The notes under the pieces are model-generated. The model was not told the origin of the DNA and ran no database searches. It worked only from the letters and a program-made list of their open reading frames with translations. A DNA stretch of 56,005 bases from Gemmatimonadota bacterium (GTDB lineage Bacteria; Gemmatimonadota; Gemmatimonadetes; Gemmatimonadales; GWC2-71-9), in contig JBDHIW010000002.1 in the NCBI GenBank assembly GCA_039587215.1, forward strand, positions 8,546-64,550, given 5' to 3'. The translations under genes and the position numbers were made by a program. Shown piece by piece: positions 41,825 to 50,839 of this stretch; position 1 is the stretch's first letter, and the number at the start of each line of letters is the position of its first letter.

Positions 41825-43861
41825 ATGACCAACCGATTGCTCGACCGTCCCGTGGCCAAGCGGCCCGCCACGGTGCAGTTCGATGGCCGCATCCTGTTCC
41901 TCGCAGACGACGCGGATCTCGTACGGCGGCAGCTCGCGGGGGAAGACCTGGCGTGGCCGGTGGACACCCCGCTCCGGGACAACATCTCCACCGACGAGAT
42001 CACGCCTGCCTACATCTGCTACTACTACGACGAAAAGCTCGGCGACTTCCCGTACCTCGGTCTCAAGGCGGGTGAGGAGTTCCCCATCGAGCCCGGCTCC
42101 GTCCGCGCAGGGGGGTTCGTCTGCTCCGTGTCGGGCAAGCGGCGCGGGAAGGGGTCGTCGCGCGAGCAGTCGCCGTATGCGGAGCTCTGCGCCGGCATCC
42201 GGCTGGTGATCGCCGAGAACATCGAACGCATCTACCGCGAGAACTGCCAGAACCTCGGGATCCTCACGAGCACGGACTTCGGGCTCATCGAGCGGCTGCG
42301 GTCCGGGGAGGAGATCCCCCTCGACGAGTTCACGGCGGGACTCGGCGAGATTACGCGCGGCATCATCGAGTACGGGGGTCTGTTCCAGTACAACGTCGCG
42401 AGAATGCAGGGGCAGGTGACGGTTCCGGTGCCAGACACCCCCGCTCGCCCCATGACGCTCGGCGAGAAGATCATCGCGCGGCACTGGGTGAAGGACCTCG
42501 CGCGCGGTGCCGTCGGCGTCGATGCGGTCCGCCCCGGCGACGAAGGCTTCGTCCAAACCGACATTCGCTTCAGTCACGAGTACGTCACCCCCATGTCGGC
42601 CATCTTCTGGCGCGACCTGGTCGGTGAGAACGAGAAGGTCGTGGAGCCGGAGTCCATCTTCTTCTTCCGCGACCATCTGACGTTCCTCGAGATTGCGATG
42701 ACCGAAGAGCGCAAGGCGCAGGGCCTGCTCGACGTCGCGCTCGAGCTCAAGAAGAAGCAGGAGGACTTCGCGGAGCAGCAGGGCGTACGGCTCTACGGCG
42801 AGTTGCCGGGCCGCGGGCTCCACGGCATCCCGGTTGGATCGGAAGCCATCTGTCACTCGAAGATCCTGGAACAGCACGCGCTTCCCGGACACCTCATCAT
42901 CGGCAGCGATTCGCACACGCCGCACGCGGGCGCCATCGGTGCTGTGGCGTTCGGTGTCGGCACGACGGCGATCTTCAACTCGTGGCTGACCAAGGACGTC
43001 CGGATCACGGTGCCACCGTCGGTGCTGATCCGGGTCAACGGAGCGACGCCGCCCAACGTGACGGCGAAGGACTTCATGCTGCAGATCCTCCGCCACCCGT
43101 ACGTGAAGAACGGACACGCGATCGGGAAGATCGTCGAGTACGCCGGAGAGGCGGTGGAGGCGCTCTCGATCGACGAGCGCGCGACGATGACCAACATGGC
43201 GGCCGAAGTAGGCGCCTTCACCGGCGTGATTCAGCCGGACGAGAAGGCGGTCGAGTTTCTCGTGCGCGAACGCGGCGCCGACGCCGCGGAGGTCCGGGCG
43301 CTGCTCGACGGACTCGTATCGGACGAGGGTGCCGAGTACGAGACCGTGATCGACATCGACGCCACAACCCTCCAGCCGATGGTGGCCCTCCCCGGCGACC
43401 CGGGCAACGGGCTCTTCATCGACGAACTCGGCGACCCGGTGCGCGTCGATATCGCCTACGCGGGGTCCTGCACGGCGGGCAAGAAGTCCGACATGGACAT
43501 GTACGCTGCCGTGTTCAAGGACGCGCTCGATCGAGGCCAGCGGATTTCGGAGCACGTCAAATGCTTCATCCAGTGCGGGTCGCAGGAGGTGAAGCGGTAC
43601 TGCGAGGAGCGGGGGTACCTGGAGGTGTTCCGCGACGTCGGCGCCGAATTCATCGAGCCGTCATGCGGTGCGTGCATCAACGCGGGGCCGGGCGTCTCCT
43701 ATGACCGCGACACGGTCACCGTGAGTGCCATCAACCGGAACTTCCCCGGGCGGTCCGGTCCGGGTCAGCTCTATCTGGCGAGTCCGTACACGACGGCGGC
43801 CAGCGCCGTCGCCGGCGTGATCACGACCTGGAATGCCGAGGGCGTGCCGGCAGAGGTCTAG
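41825..43861 (+). CDS. Aconitase-family [4Fe-4S] dehydratase, LeuD-like swivel fused N-terminal to LeuC-like domain
   Basis: DNISTDEITP, GKGSSREQS (swivel); MTLGEKI, DH, ICH, GSDSHT, AKD, GSCT, PSCGAC, NRNFPGR, YLASP. Confidence 0.9.
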   Translation: MTNRLLDRPVAKRPATVQFDGRILFLADDADLVRRQLAGEDLAWPVDTPLRDNISTDEITPAYICYYYDEKLGDFPYLGLKAGEEFPIEPGSVRAGGFVCSVSGKRRGKGSSREQSPYAELCAGIRLVIAENIERIYRENCQNLGILTSTDFGLIERLRSGEEIPLDEFTAGLGEITRGIIEYGGLFQYNVARMQGQVTVPVPDTPARPMTLGEKIIARHWVKDLARGAVGVDAVRPGDEGFVQTDIRFSHEYVTPMSAIFWRDLVGENEKVVEPESIFFFRDHLTFLEIAMTEERKAQGLLDVALELKKKQEDFAEQQGVRLYGELPGRGLHGIPVGSEAICHSKILEQHALPGHLIIGSDSHTPHAGAIGAVAFGVGTTAIFNSWLTKDVRITVPPSVLIRVNGATPPNVTAKDFMLQILRHPYVKNGHAIGKIVEYAGEAVEALSIDERATMTNMAAEVGAFTGVIQPDEKAVEFLVRERGADAAEVRALLDGLVSDEGAEYETVIDIDATTLQPMVALPGDPGNGLFIDELGDPVRVDIAYAGSCTAGKKSDMDMYAAVFKDALDRGQRISEHVKCFIQCGSQEVKRYCEERGYLEVFRDVGAEFIEPSCGACINAGPGVSYDRDTVTVSAINRNFPGRSGPGQLYLASPYTTAASAVAGVITTWNAEGVPAEV

Positions 43862-45162
43862 CGGGTCGGCGCGTCCGCCCGGGACGATGGTGACGGGCGA
43901 AAGCCCCCCGGCGGGTACACGCCGCGGGCGTTCCACATCACCCAATCCGTGATGCCGAGGTCCTCGGCGGCCTGAATCTGTGCGCGGACCTCCGTGGCGG
44001 TGTAACGAACGCCGCGGATCGAGAAGCTCTGCAGATAGGGCCGAATCTGTGCTGCGTTCGGGATGTCGGCGGAGCGTGCCACGGCATCCACCAACGCGCG
44101 GCGTACCGTCTCGTATGGCTCGGCGTTCGGGAATCCGATACCGTACGAGCCGCGGCCGTAGTGGCTCGGGTAGATCATGGGCAACAGCACGTCGGCCAGC
44201 GTCGAGAGGTCATCCCACGCCTGCCCGATCCCGAGGTCGCCGGTCGCACTCGTCGTGAGTCCGAAGACGTCGAGGGTAAGCGGCACGCCCAACGCGCGCA
44301 CCCGGTCGCGCAGCATGGCGACATGCCGACCGATGGCGGCCCGCCGGCTCTCGCCGTTGCGTTGCGCTTCGAAGCGGGCGTGCCGCATGCGGGAGGCGCG
44401 CTCGTCGGGGAAGCGCACGTAGTCGAACTGGATCTCCTCGAACCCCATGAGCACCGCTTCCGCTGCGAGGTCCGCGGCGTAGATCCACACCGAATCGTGG
44501 TAGGCGTCGACCCACGGCTCGTCGAGACCGTCGCGCCACAGACCGCCTCGGCGGTCTTTGATAGCCCACGCCGGTTTCCGTGTGGCGAGCAGGGCGTCGC
44601 GCGCCACGACGATCCGCGCGATCGGGTGAATGCCGTGCTCGCGGAGCCGTACGAGCCGGCTCTGCAGATCGGGCGCGCGCACCATGCCGTTCGCCCCGAT
44701 CTCGATGGCCGTCGGAACCGCCGACCGGTACGTCAGATAGCCCGTCGCGTCCTTCACGTCGATCACGAACGCGTTGACCTCGGTCGTGTCCGCGAGCGCG
44801 AGCAGCGGCTCGAGCCGGCTCGAGCCGAAGACCCAGGCGTTGAGGTACAGGCCGCGAACGGCCGCGGGTAGTTCCCCCGAGGGCGGCGGGGGGATGGGAA
44901 TCGGATCCGGCGGGACGTCGCCGACCCGGTAGACCGGAAACTCGGATGTGTGGTGGAGTCGGGTGACCGCCGGCACGTCGGCCGGCGGGGGCGGAAACGC
45001 GATCTCGGGCACTGCGCGGCCCGCCAGCTCGCCCGCATAGTCGGGAATGGCGGCGCGGTGATGGGGCACGGCGAACGACGCGCCGTCTTGGGCGCGGCTC
45101 GCGGCGGGGCCGCACATGGCGGCGATCGCCATCAGTGCGAGAACTCGTGTGGTCGACCGGAT
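43858..45162 (-). CDS. Secreted putative glycoside hydrolase (DUF4015-like TIM barrel), probable ATC start
   Basis: VRGLYL, NAFVIDVKD, IARIVV, GFEEIQFDYVRFPD, DVFG, IGQ, PMIYPSHY, RPYLQSF, WNA; AAGGAGG 5 nt before an in-frame ATC. Confidence 0.82.
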   Translation of the reverse strand: MRSTTRVLALMAIAAMCGPAASRAQDGASFAVPHHRAAIPDYAGELAGRAVPEIAFPPPPADVPAVTRLHHTSEFPVYRVGDVPPDPIPIPPPPSGELPAAVRGLYLNAWVFGSSRLEPLLALADTTEVNAFVIDVKDATGYLTYRSAVPTAIEIGANGMVRAPDLQSRLVRLREHGIHPIARIVVARDALLATRKPAWAIKDRRGGLWRDGLDEPWVDAYHDSVWIYAADLAAEAVLMGFEEIQFDYVRFPDERASRMRHARFEAQRNGESRRAAIGRHVAMLRDRVRALGVPLTLDVFGLTTSATGDLGIGQAWDDLSTLADVLLPMIYPSHYGRGSYGIGFPNAEPYETVRRALVDAVARSADIPNAAQIRPYLQSFSIRGVRYTATEVRAQIQAAEDLGITDWVMWNARGVYPPGGFRPSPSSRADAPTR

Positions 45163-45180
45163 GCGTGCCTCCTTGAGCGC

Positions 45181-45214
45181 AAAGACGGCGCGTGGTGACG
45201 CGCCGCCTTTTCTT
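45181..45214. terminator. Hairpin/terminator downstream of the OmpA gene
   Basis: AAAGACGGCGCGT-GGTG-ACGCGCCGCCTTT 13-bp stem (the mismatch is G-U on the minus-strand RNA); T/A tracts on both sides. Confidence 0.7.
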
Positions 45215-45238
45215 CCAACTCGCTAGGACGCTACGCGT

Positions 45239-46801
45239 TCAGGGTTGCTCGAGCAAGTGAAGCTCGACTCGACGGTTCCGGCGTCGGCCGTCCGGCGTCG
45301 CATTGTCCGCGATCGGACGGTCGGGTCCGTAGCCGCGCGCCACCATTCGGTCGGGCCGAACACCCTGGCGGGCGAGATAAGCCTTGACCGACTGTGCGCG
45401 TGCAAGCGACAGGCGTTGGTTGACCTGCAGCGACCCGCTGGCGTCGGTGTGCCCGGCGATCTCGATCCGGACCATGGGATTCGCCATCAGCGACTCGGCC
45501 ACGCGATCGAGGGCGGCATACGACTCCTCGGTGAGGGCGGACCGGCCCGACTGGAAGGTCACGTCCTCCAGCACGAGCGGGCGGGCAACACCCTGCTCGA
45601 CGAGGAACAGCGTCGGGCACCCGGTCGCGTCGACGGATTCGCCCGCCCGCGTGGCGGGGCAGGCGTCATCCGGATCGAGCACCCCGTCGCCGTCGCTGTC
45701 GCGGACGACCTCACAGCCGCGCGCGTCGACCTCCGTGCCCGCGGCGGTGTTCGGGCACGCGTCCGACGGATCTTCGACGCCGTCACCGTCCGTATCCCGG
45801 ACGCAGCCCGCTGCGTCCACGGGAGCGCCGGCGGGGGTCGCCGGGCACTGATCGAGGCCGTCGTACACCCCGTCGGCGTCGCCGTCCAAGGGACAGCCGC
45901 GCGCGTCGATCTCGGCACCGGCCGGGGTGTCCGGACAGGCGTCGAGTCCGTCGAACACACCATCGACGTCGGTGTCGACCGGACATCCGTTCGCATCGAC
46001 GGCCGCACCGCCGGGAGTGTTCGGGCAGACGTCGATGCCGTTCACCACGGCATCGCCGTCGGAGTCCATGGCGCACCCGGACGTGTCGACGTCGGCGCCT
46101 GCGGGCGTGTCCGGACAGGCGTCGAGTCCGTCGAACACCGTGTCGGCGTCGCCGTCGAGCGGGCAGCCTCGCGGATCGACGAGGGCGCCGAGCGGGGTGC
46201 CCGGGCAGTCGTCGGCTCTGTCGGCCACGCGGTCGCCGTCACGATCGCGGGGTGGGCCGCCGAAGGCGAAGATGGACAGGCCCGCGGCGACCGAGAGGTT
46301 CGTGGTTCTGGCCGTACCGGGCGGCAGCTGGGTCGTGGGGACGTAGTCGATGCGCCCTTCGATCCGGAACGCGGTCCGTCCCCCGAATCCGATACGGTCG
46401 CCGATGACGCCGTGCACGCCGTTGTCGACGCCCTGGGTCACCCCGCGGTAGAAGAGCCGCGTGTACCCCGCACCGAGATAGACGGACCCCAGTGGGGTCC
46501 CGAGGTGCCCGGTCAGGGTGCCGCCCACGCGTGTCACGCGCACGCGTTCCCCCGTCGCGGTCAGTTGTGACTGGGTGTGGTCGGCGACGCCGTCGATCGA
46601 GAGAAACCGCGCGAGGTAGATCCCGAACCACCCACCGGCACCGAACGCGTTGTCGGCGCCCACGCTCGCGGCATCGAAGCGGGTGAAGGACCCGAACGCG
46701 CCCATCTCCACTTGGCCGCCCCGGCCGGTCTGGGCACGCACCGTGGGAACGGCGACGACCGAGAGGACGAGGACGAAGAGGGTACTCCGCCAGCGGAACA
46801 T
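45239..46801 (-). CDS. OmpA family outer membrane protein with thrombospondin type-3 repeats
   Basis: Signal peptide, beta-barrel, seven DxDxDG...CP...GC repeats, IAGHTD...NQRLSLARAQSV...NRRVE peptidoglycan-binding domain. Confidence 0.93.
   Translation of the reverse strand: MFRWRSTLFVLVLSVVAVPTVRAQTGRGGQVEMGAFGSFTRFDAASVGADNAFGAGGWFGIYLARFLSIDGVADHTQSQLTATGERVRVTRVGGTLTGHLGTPLGSVYLGAGYTRLFYRGVTQGVDNGVHGVIGDRIGFGGRTAFRIEGRIDYVPTTQLPPGTARTTNLSVAAGLSIFAFGGPPRDRDGDRVADRADDCPGTPLGALVDPRGCPLDGDADTVFDGLDACPDTPAGADVDTSGCAMDSDGDAVVNGIDVCPNTPGGAAVDANGCPVDTDVDGVFDGLDACPDTPAGAEIDARGCPLDGDADGVYDGLDQCPATPAGAPVDAAGCVRDTDGDGVEDPSDACPNTAAGTEVDARGCEVVRDSDGDGVLDPDDACPATRAGESVDATGCPTLFLVEQGVARPLVLEDVTFQSGRSALTEESYAALDRVAESLMANPMVRIEIAGHTDASGSLQVNQRLSLARAQSVKAYLARQGVRPDRMVARGYGPDRPIADNATPDGRRRNRRVELHLLEQP
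45614..46246 (-). repeat. Seven tandem ~90-bp TSP3 coding repeats
   Basis: 30-aa periodicity; exact 32-bp copy GTGTCCGGACAGGCGTCGAGTCCGTCGAACAC at 45927-45958 and 46107-46138. Confidence 0.9.
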
Positions 46802-46899
46802 GTCTTCAATCTACTACGCTCTTCCGGCACCGACAGGCATTGTCGCCCCTCCGGACGCGTGCATTAGCTTACGGATGTCATCGCCGCACAGAGGAGCAT

Positions 46900-47133
46900 A
46901 TGAAAGTCGCCATCCAGTTCTGCGTCGTCTGAAACTACGGTCCCCGCGCCGCCAGTTTGGCGGACGAGATCCGTGAGGCCTATCCCTCCGGCGATGTCCT
47001 GCTCGTCGACGGGTCGGGTGGCGTATTCGAAGTCTCGGTTGACGGAGACCTCGTTTTCTCGAAGATCGCGCTCGGACGTCACGCCGAGCCGGGAGAGGTG
47101 CTGGGCCTGATCCGGGAGCACCTCGGGGAGTAG
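46900..47133 (+). CDS. SelW/SelT/SelH (Rdx family) selenoprotein, UGA 46930-46932 = Sec
   Basis: GAGGAG SD, ATG 46900; MKVAIQFCVV-U-NYGPRAASLADEI...GSGGVFEVSVDGDLVFSK..GRHAEPGEV...LGE-TAG 47133; CxxU plus GxFEV motif. Confidence 0.93.
46933..46968 (+). promoter_or_regulatory. Putative bacterial SECIS element
   Basis: CCGCC-AGTTT-GGCGG hairpin (46949-46963); loop starts 21 nt after the UGA and has G at its second position. Confidence 0.7.
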
Positions 47134-47136
47134 ACC

Positions 47137-48216
47137 ATGCGCATCGCCATTTCAACCGGCGGGGGAGACGCGCCGGGGCTGAATGCGGTGATCAGGGCAG
47201 CTGTCGTGGGGGCGTTGAACCGCGGGTGGGAGGTCTTCGGCATTCGGCGGGGATTCGGCGGTCTCCTGGGCGACGCCCGGGTCGTGCCGCTCGACCGCGA
47301 GAGCGTGCGCGGGATCACCCACCTCGGCGGGACCATTCTCGGCACGACCAACCGCGGAAATCCCTTCCGCTGGCCGCACCTGCAGACCGACGGAACGTGG
47401 GTGGAGGAAGACCGCTCCGAGGAGGCTCTGGAGGCGTTCCGGGCGCTCGAACTGGACGCGCTGATCGCCGTCGGCGGCGATGGGACGCTGCACATCGCAC
47501 GCGAACTCTGGCGGAGGGGTCTGCCCGTGGTGGGCGTGCCGAAGACGATCGACAACGACGTCGGCGCCACCGTCGTCACGTTCGGCTTCGACACGGCGGT
47601 CACGACGGCGACCGAGGCGCTCGACAAGCTGCACTCGACGGCGGAAGCGCACGAGCGCGTCATGGTCGTCGAGGTGATGGGGCGCCACGCGGGATGGATC
47701 GCCCTCAACTCCGGACTCGCGGGTACCGCCGACGTCATCCTCATGCCCGAGATTCCGTACCGGATGGATTCCGTGATCGCGAAGGTGCGCGAGCGCGAAG
47801 CTGCCGGGCGGCACTTCAGCATCATCGTCGTCGCCGAGGGGGCCGCTCCGGCGGAAGGCTCTCCGACGTACCAGGCTGAGGCCGCGGCCGGGGGGACGGC
47901 CCGGCTGGGTGGTGTCGCAGAAGCGATCGCGGCGGTGATCCAGGAGCAGACCGGCAAGGAGACCCGGTCGCTGACGCTTGGGCACCTGCAGCGCGGAGGC
48001 ACGCCGACGACGTTCGACCGGCTGCTCGGACTGCGATTCGGTGCGGCGGCGGTGCGCGCGGTGGAACGCGGCGAGTTCGGTTCGATGGTCGCGCTGGATC
48101 CGCCGACGATCCTCACGGTGCCGATGGACGACGCCCTGGGCACCGTCAAGGGCGTCCCGCTCGACTCGGACAGCGTGGTGACGGCTCGAGACCTGGGTAT
48201 CTGCCTGGGTGACTGA
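47137..48216 (+). CDS. pfkA: 6-phosphofructokinase (group III-like)
   Basis: TGGGDAPGLNA, GGTILGT, GGDGT, PKTIDND, TFGFDTA, EVMGRHAGW, VAEGA, LGHLQRGG. Confidence 0.93.
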   Translation: MRIAISTGGGDAPGLNAVIRAAVVGALNRGWEVFGIRRGFGGLLGDARVVPLDRESVRGITHLGGTILGTTNRGNPFRWPHLQTDGTWVEEDRSEEALEAFRALELDALIAVGGDGTLHIARELWRRGLPVVGVPKTIDNDVGATVVTFGFDTAVTTATEALDKLHSTAEAHERVMVVEVMGRHAGWIALNSGLAGTADVILMPEIPYRMDSVIAKVREREAAGRHFSIIVVAEGAAPAEGSPTYQAEAAAGGTARLGGVAEAIAAVIQEQTGKETRSLTLGHLQRGGTPTTFDRLLGLRFGAAAVRAVERGEFGSMVALDPPTILTVPMDDALGTVKGVPLDSDSVVTARDLGICLGD

Positions 48217-50839
48217 CACCGAGGAGCGCGCGGACGGCGCCGCGCCGCTCCGTCACGTCCGCGACCACTACCTGCCGCCCGACCGGGCGGCGTACCGCCG
48301 GGCCGAGCCTTCGACTGGCCGTGTGATCGTCATCGCGCCGACACGCGCGGCGTGCGAGACCATCGAATTGGCGTGCGGGCTCACCATCGACACGGTCTTG
48401 TCGCGCGCGCATGGCGACGAGGTGCGGTCGCTGGCCGCGGGCGGCAGAGGATTCGGCATTGTCGCGGGTACGGGGACCGGGAAGACGCTCGCGGTACGGC
48501 TCATCGCGGAAGAGACGGTCGGCACACCCCTGCGCATCGGCGTCGTGAACCGCGAGCGCGAGGCGACGCCGGAGACCCCCAGTTGGAACGTCGTGATCGT
48601 GACGACCGGCATCGCGCGAAGGTGGTTTCAGGACGATCTCATCCAGCCGCAGGACACGCTCGTCGTCGACGAGATCCACCAGACGTCGGCGGAGCTCGAG
48701 TTGTGCTTGGCCCTGGGGAAACGCGTGGGGTGTCGGTTCATCTGGTTGTCCGCGACGGTGGACCCCTCGTTCTACGAGCGCTACCTGGACGCGTCGGCGG
48801 TGCTGGAAACCTCGGCGTTCGACCCCGCGCTGAGCGCCAACGTTGCGACCGCACGCCGCACGCCGGTGGACTTCTTCGATCGGGGGGTGCTGCGCCGGTT
48901 CGTGCGCGAGGAGCGAGGCGTCGCGGTGTTCCTGCCGACCCGATCGGAAGTCGAAAAGTTGGCGGCGGAACTGGGGGACGAGTGGCCCGAGATCGCGACG
49001 GCCTTCTATCACGGCGGCGAGCCGATCCGCGTGATCCGTCCGTTCCTCGAGGGGACCGCGGAGCGACCCTATCTGCTCGTGATGACGCAGGCTGGGCAGT
49101 CGGCGCTCAACATCCACGGCCTGGACACGGTCGTGATCTACGACGCGTGCTACCAGAACCGGGTTCTCGGTGGGCGCAACGTGCTCCAGCGGCAGTACTT
49201 GGGTCCCAACGAGATCCTGCAGATGGCGGGCCGGGTCCACGGTCGGGTGGCCCAGGGTGAGGTACACATCCTCACGGACCGTGACATCGACTTCTTTGCC
49301 CTCGAACCCGTCCCGCCGCAGTTCCAACTAGCGGGCGACTCCGAGCGGGTCGCGTTGACGGCGGCCGCACTCGGTGTGGACCTGTCGGATCTCGAGTTGC
49401 CCGTGCCCCTGGACCGGCGGGCCTACCGTGCGGCGCGGCGGCGGCTGGAGGATCGCGGGATCGTGGACGGCGGGCGGCTCACGGCGTACGGCCGTGAGGT
49501 GGAGGCGATGCCCGTCGACCGTCCCTGGGCTGAACTGCTCGTGCACGCCTCGGACGCGCTGGCGCCGTACGTGGCCGTTGCCGCCAGCGTCGATTCACTC
49601 CATCGGATGACGCGGGACCTCGTGGACCTCCGCGGCCTCGAGGTGTACGGCAGCGATCATCTCACGGTGTACAACGTGTACGCGGAGGCGGTCAACCTCT
49701 ACGGCAGCGTCGGCGAGGTCTACGGTCTGCCGCGCCATGTCTTCGATCCGACGATCGAGGAGTGGGCCCAGGATCGTGGGGTGCTCGTGAAGGCGATCGA
49801 AGACGCGGCGCTCGGCATGGCATCCGTCTACCGCACGCTCGAGTTGCCGCTACCTGAGGCGCTCCCGATCGTGGACCGCGCAGCCGCGCGCGCGTATCGG
49901 GACCTGGTTGCCCGGGTGTGCCCGTTCGACCTCGTCGTCGACGGAGAGACGGCTGACGGGTCGCGGGTGCGCATCTCGGACTCCTCGATGTGCTCCCGAG
50001 GGAGCGCGGTCGCCGGACCCATTCGGTATTTCGCGGACCGGTTCGGCCGCCCGCGCGGCGCGATCGAAGGCACCACCCTCTCGCGGGAGTTGATGCGACG
50101 CCATGCGACCCGGGAGGGTCCCGTCGTCGAGTATCGAGGCGAGCGGGGCCGCACCCGGTTGGTGGCGGTGGAGACGCTCACCTATGCCGGCTTCACCCTG
50201 GATCGGATCTCGGAGCCGGTGAGGGGATTCCCGGAGGACCTCGCGGAGGAGATTCGCGGGGCGATGGCGGACGGACTCATGCGGGGCGTCACGGAGCATC
50301 CGGGACAGCGGGAGGTCGGACGGGTGGCCGCGCGTATCGACGAGTACTGGCGACGTTCCGGGGGAACCCTCGACGGAGCGAATCCGGAGCGCGTGCGTGC
50401 GGGGCTGCTCGAGCAACTCAGTGAGGTGAAGAGCCACGCGGACTTCATGGCGGCGTCTCTGCACCTCGACCTCGATGCCGCGGTGTTGCCGCGGGACCGG
50501 CATCCCCTCGACGCCCTTCCGGACTCCGCCTTCGTGCTCGGCGACCGTGTGCCGCTCCGGTACGACGTGGCCGAGGGCCGCCCGATCGTGGAACTGGCAC
50601 TCCGCGAAAAGCAGGCCAGGCGGCTTCGCGCACAGGACCTGCCGGACGTTGATCGGGATCTCGTGTTCGTGGTTTACCGAGGCCGAACGGAACTGCTGCG
50701 CGCGCGGTCGCTGCCGCAGCTGCGCGGGAGTCTCCGTGGGCTACGCCCGCCTCCACGAGGTGGAGGTGGTGGGCGTAGCGGGCGCGGCGGACGCGGTGGG
50801 CGTAGCGGAAGCGGTGGGAGGGGGCGCCGGCGCCGTTAG
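48209..50839 (+). CDS. DExH-box (HrpA/HrpB-like) helicase with RGG tail
   Basis: AGTGTGKT, TTGIA, DEIH, SAT, FLPT, YHG, QMAGRVHGR, LT.YG..V..MP; C-terminal GRSGRGGRGGRSG. Confidence 0.85.
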   Translation: MTDTEERADGAAPLRHVRDHYLPPDRAAYRRAEPSTGRVIVIAPTRAACETIELACGLTIDTVLSRAHGDEVRSLAAGGRGFGIVAGTGTGKTLAVRLIAEETVGTPLRIGVVNREREATPETPSWNVVIVTTGIARRWFQDDLIQPQDTLVVDEIHQTSAELELCLALGKRVGCRFIWLSATVDPSFYERYLDASAVLETSAFDPALSANVATARRTPVDFFDRGVLRRFVREERGVAVFLPTRSEVEKLAAELGDEWPEIATAFYHGGEPIRVIRPFLEGTAERPYLLVMTQAGQSALNIHGLDTVVIYDACYQNRVLGGRNVLQRQYLGPNEILQMAGRVHGRVAQGEVHILTDRDIDFFALEPVPPQFQLAGDSERVALTAAALGVDLSDLELPVPLDRRAYRAARRRLEDRGIVDGGRLTAYGREVEAMPVDRPWAELLVHASDALAPYVAVAASVDSLHRMTRDLVDLRGLEVYGSDHLTVYNVYAEAVNLYGSVGEVYGLPRHVFDPTIEEWAQDRGVLVKAIEDAALGMASVYRTLELPLPEALPIVDRAAARAYRDLVARVCPFDLVVDGETADGSRVRISDSSMCSRGSAVAGPIRYFADRFGRPRGAIEGTTLSRELMRRHATREGPVVEYRGERGRTRLVAVETLTYAGFTLDRISEPVRGFPEDLAEEIRGAMADGLMRGVTEHPGQREVGRVAARIDEYWRRSGGTLDGANPERVRAGLLEQLSEVKSHADFMAASLHLDLDAAVLPRDRHPLDALPDSAFVLGDRVPLRYDVAEGRPIVELALREKQARRLRAQDLPDVDRDLVFVVYRGRTELLRARSLPQLRGSLRGLRPPPRGGGGGRSGRGGRGGRSGSGGRGRRRR

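Noticed and set aside
46864-47121. 85-aa minus-strand ORF in the OmpA-pfk gap
   Set aside because: It is the antisense shadow of the selenoprotein gene.
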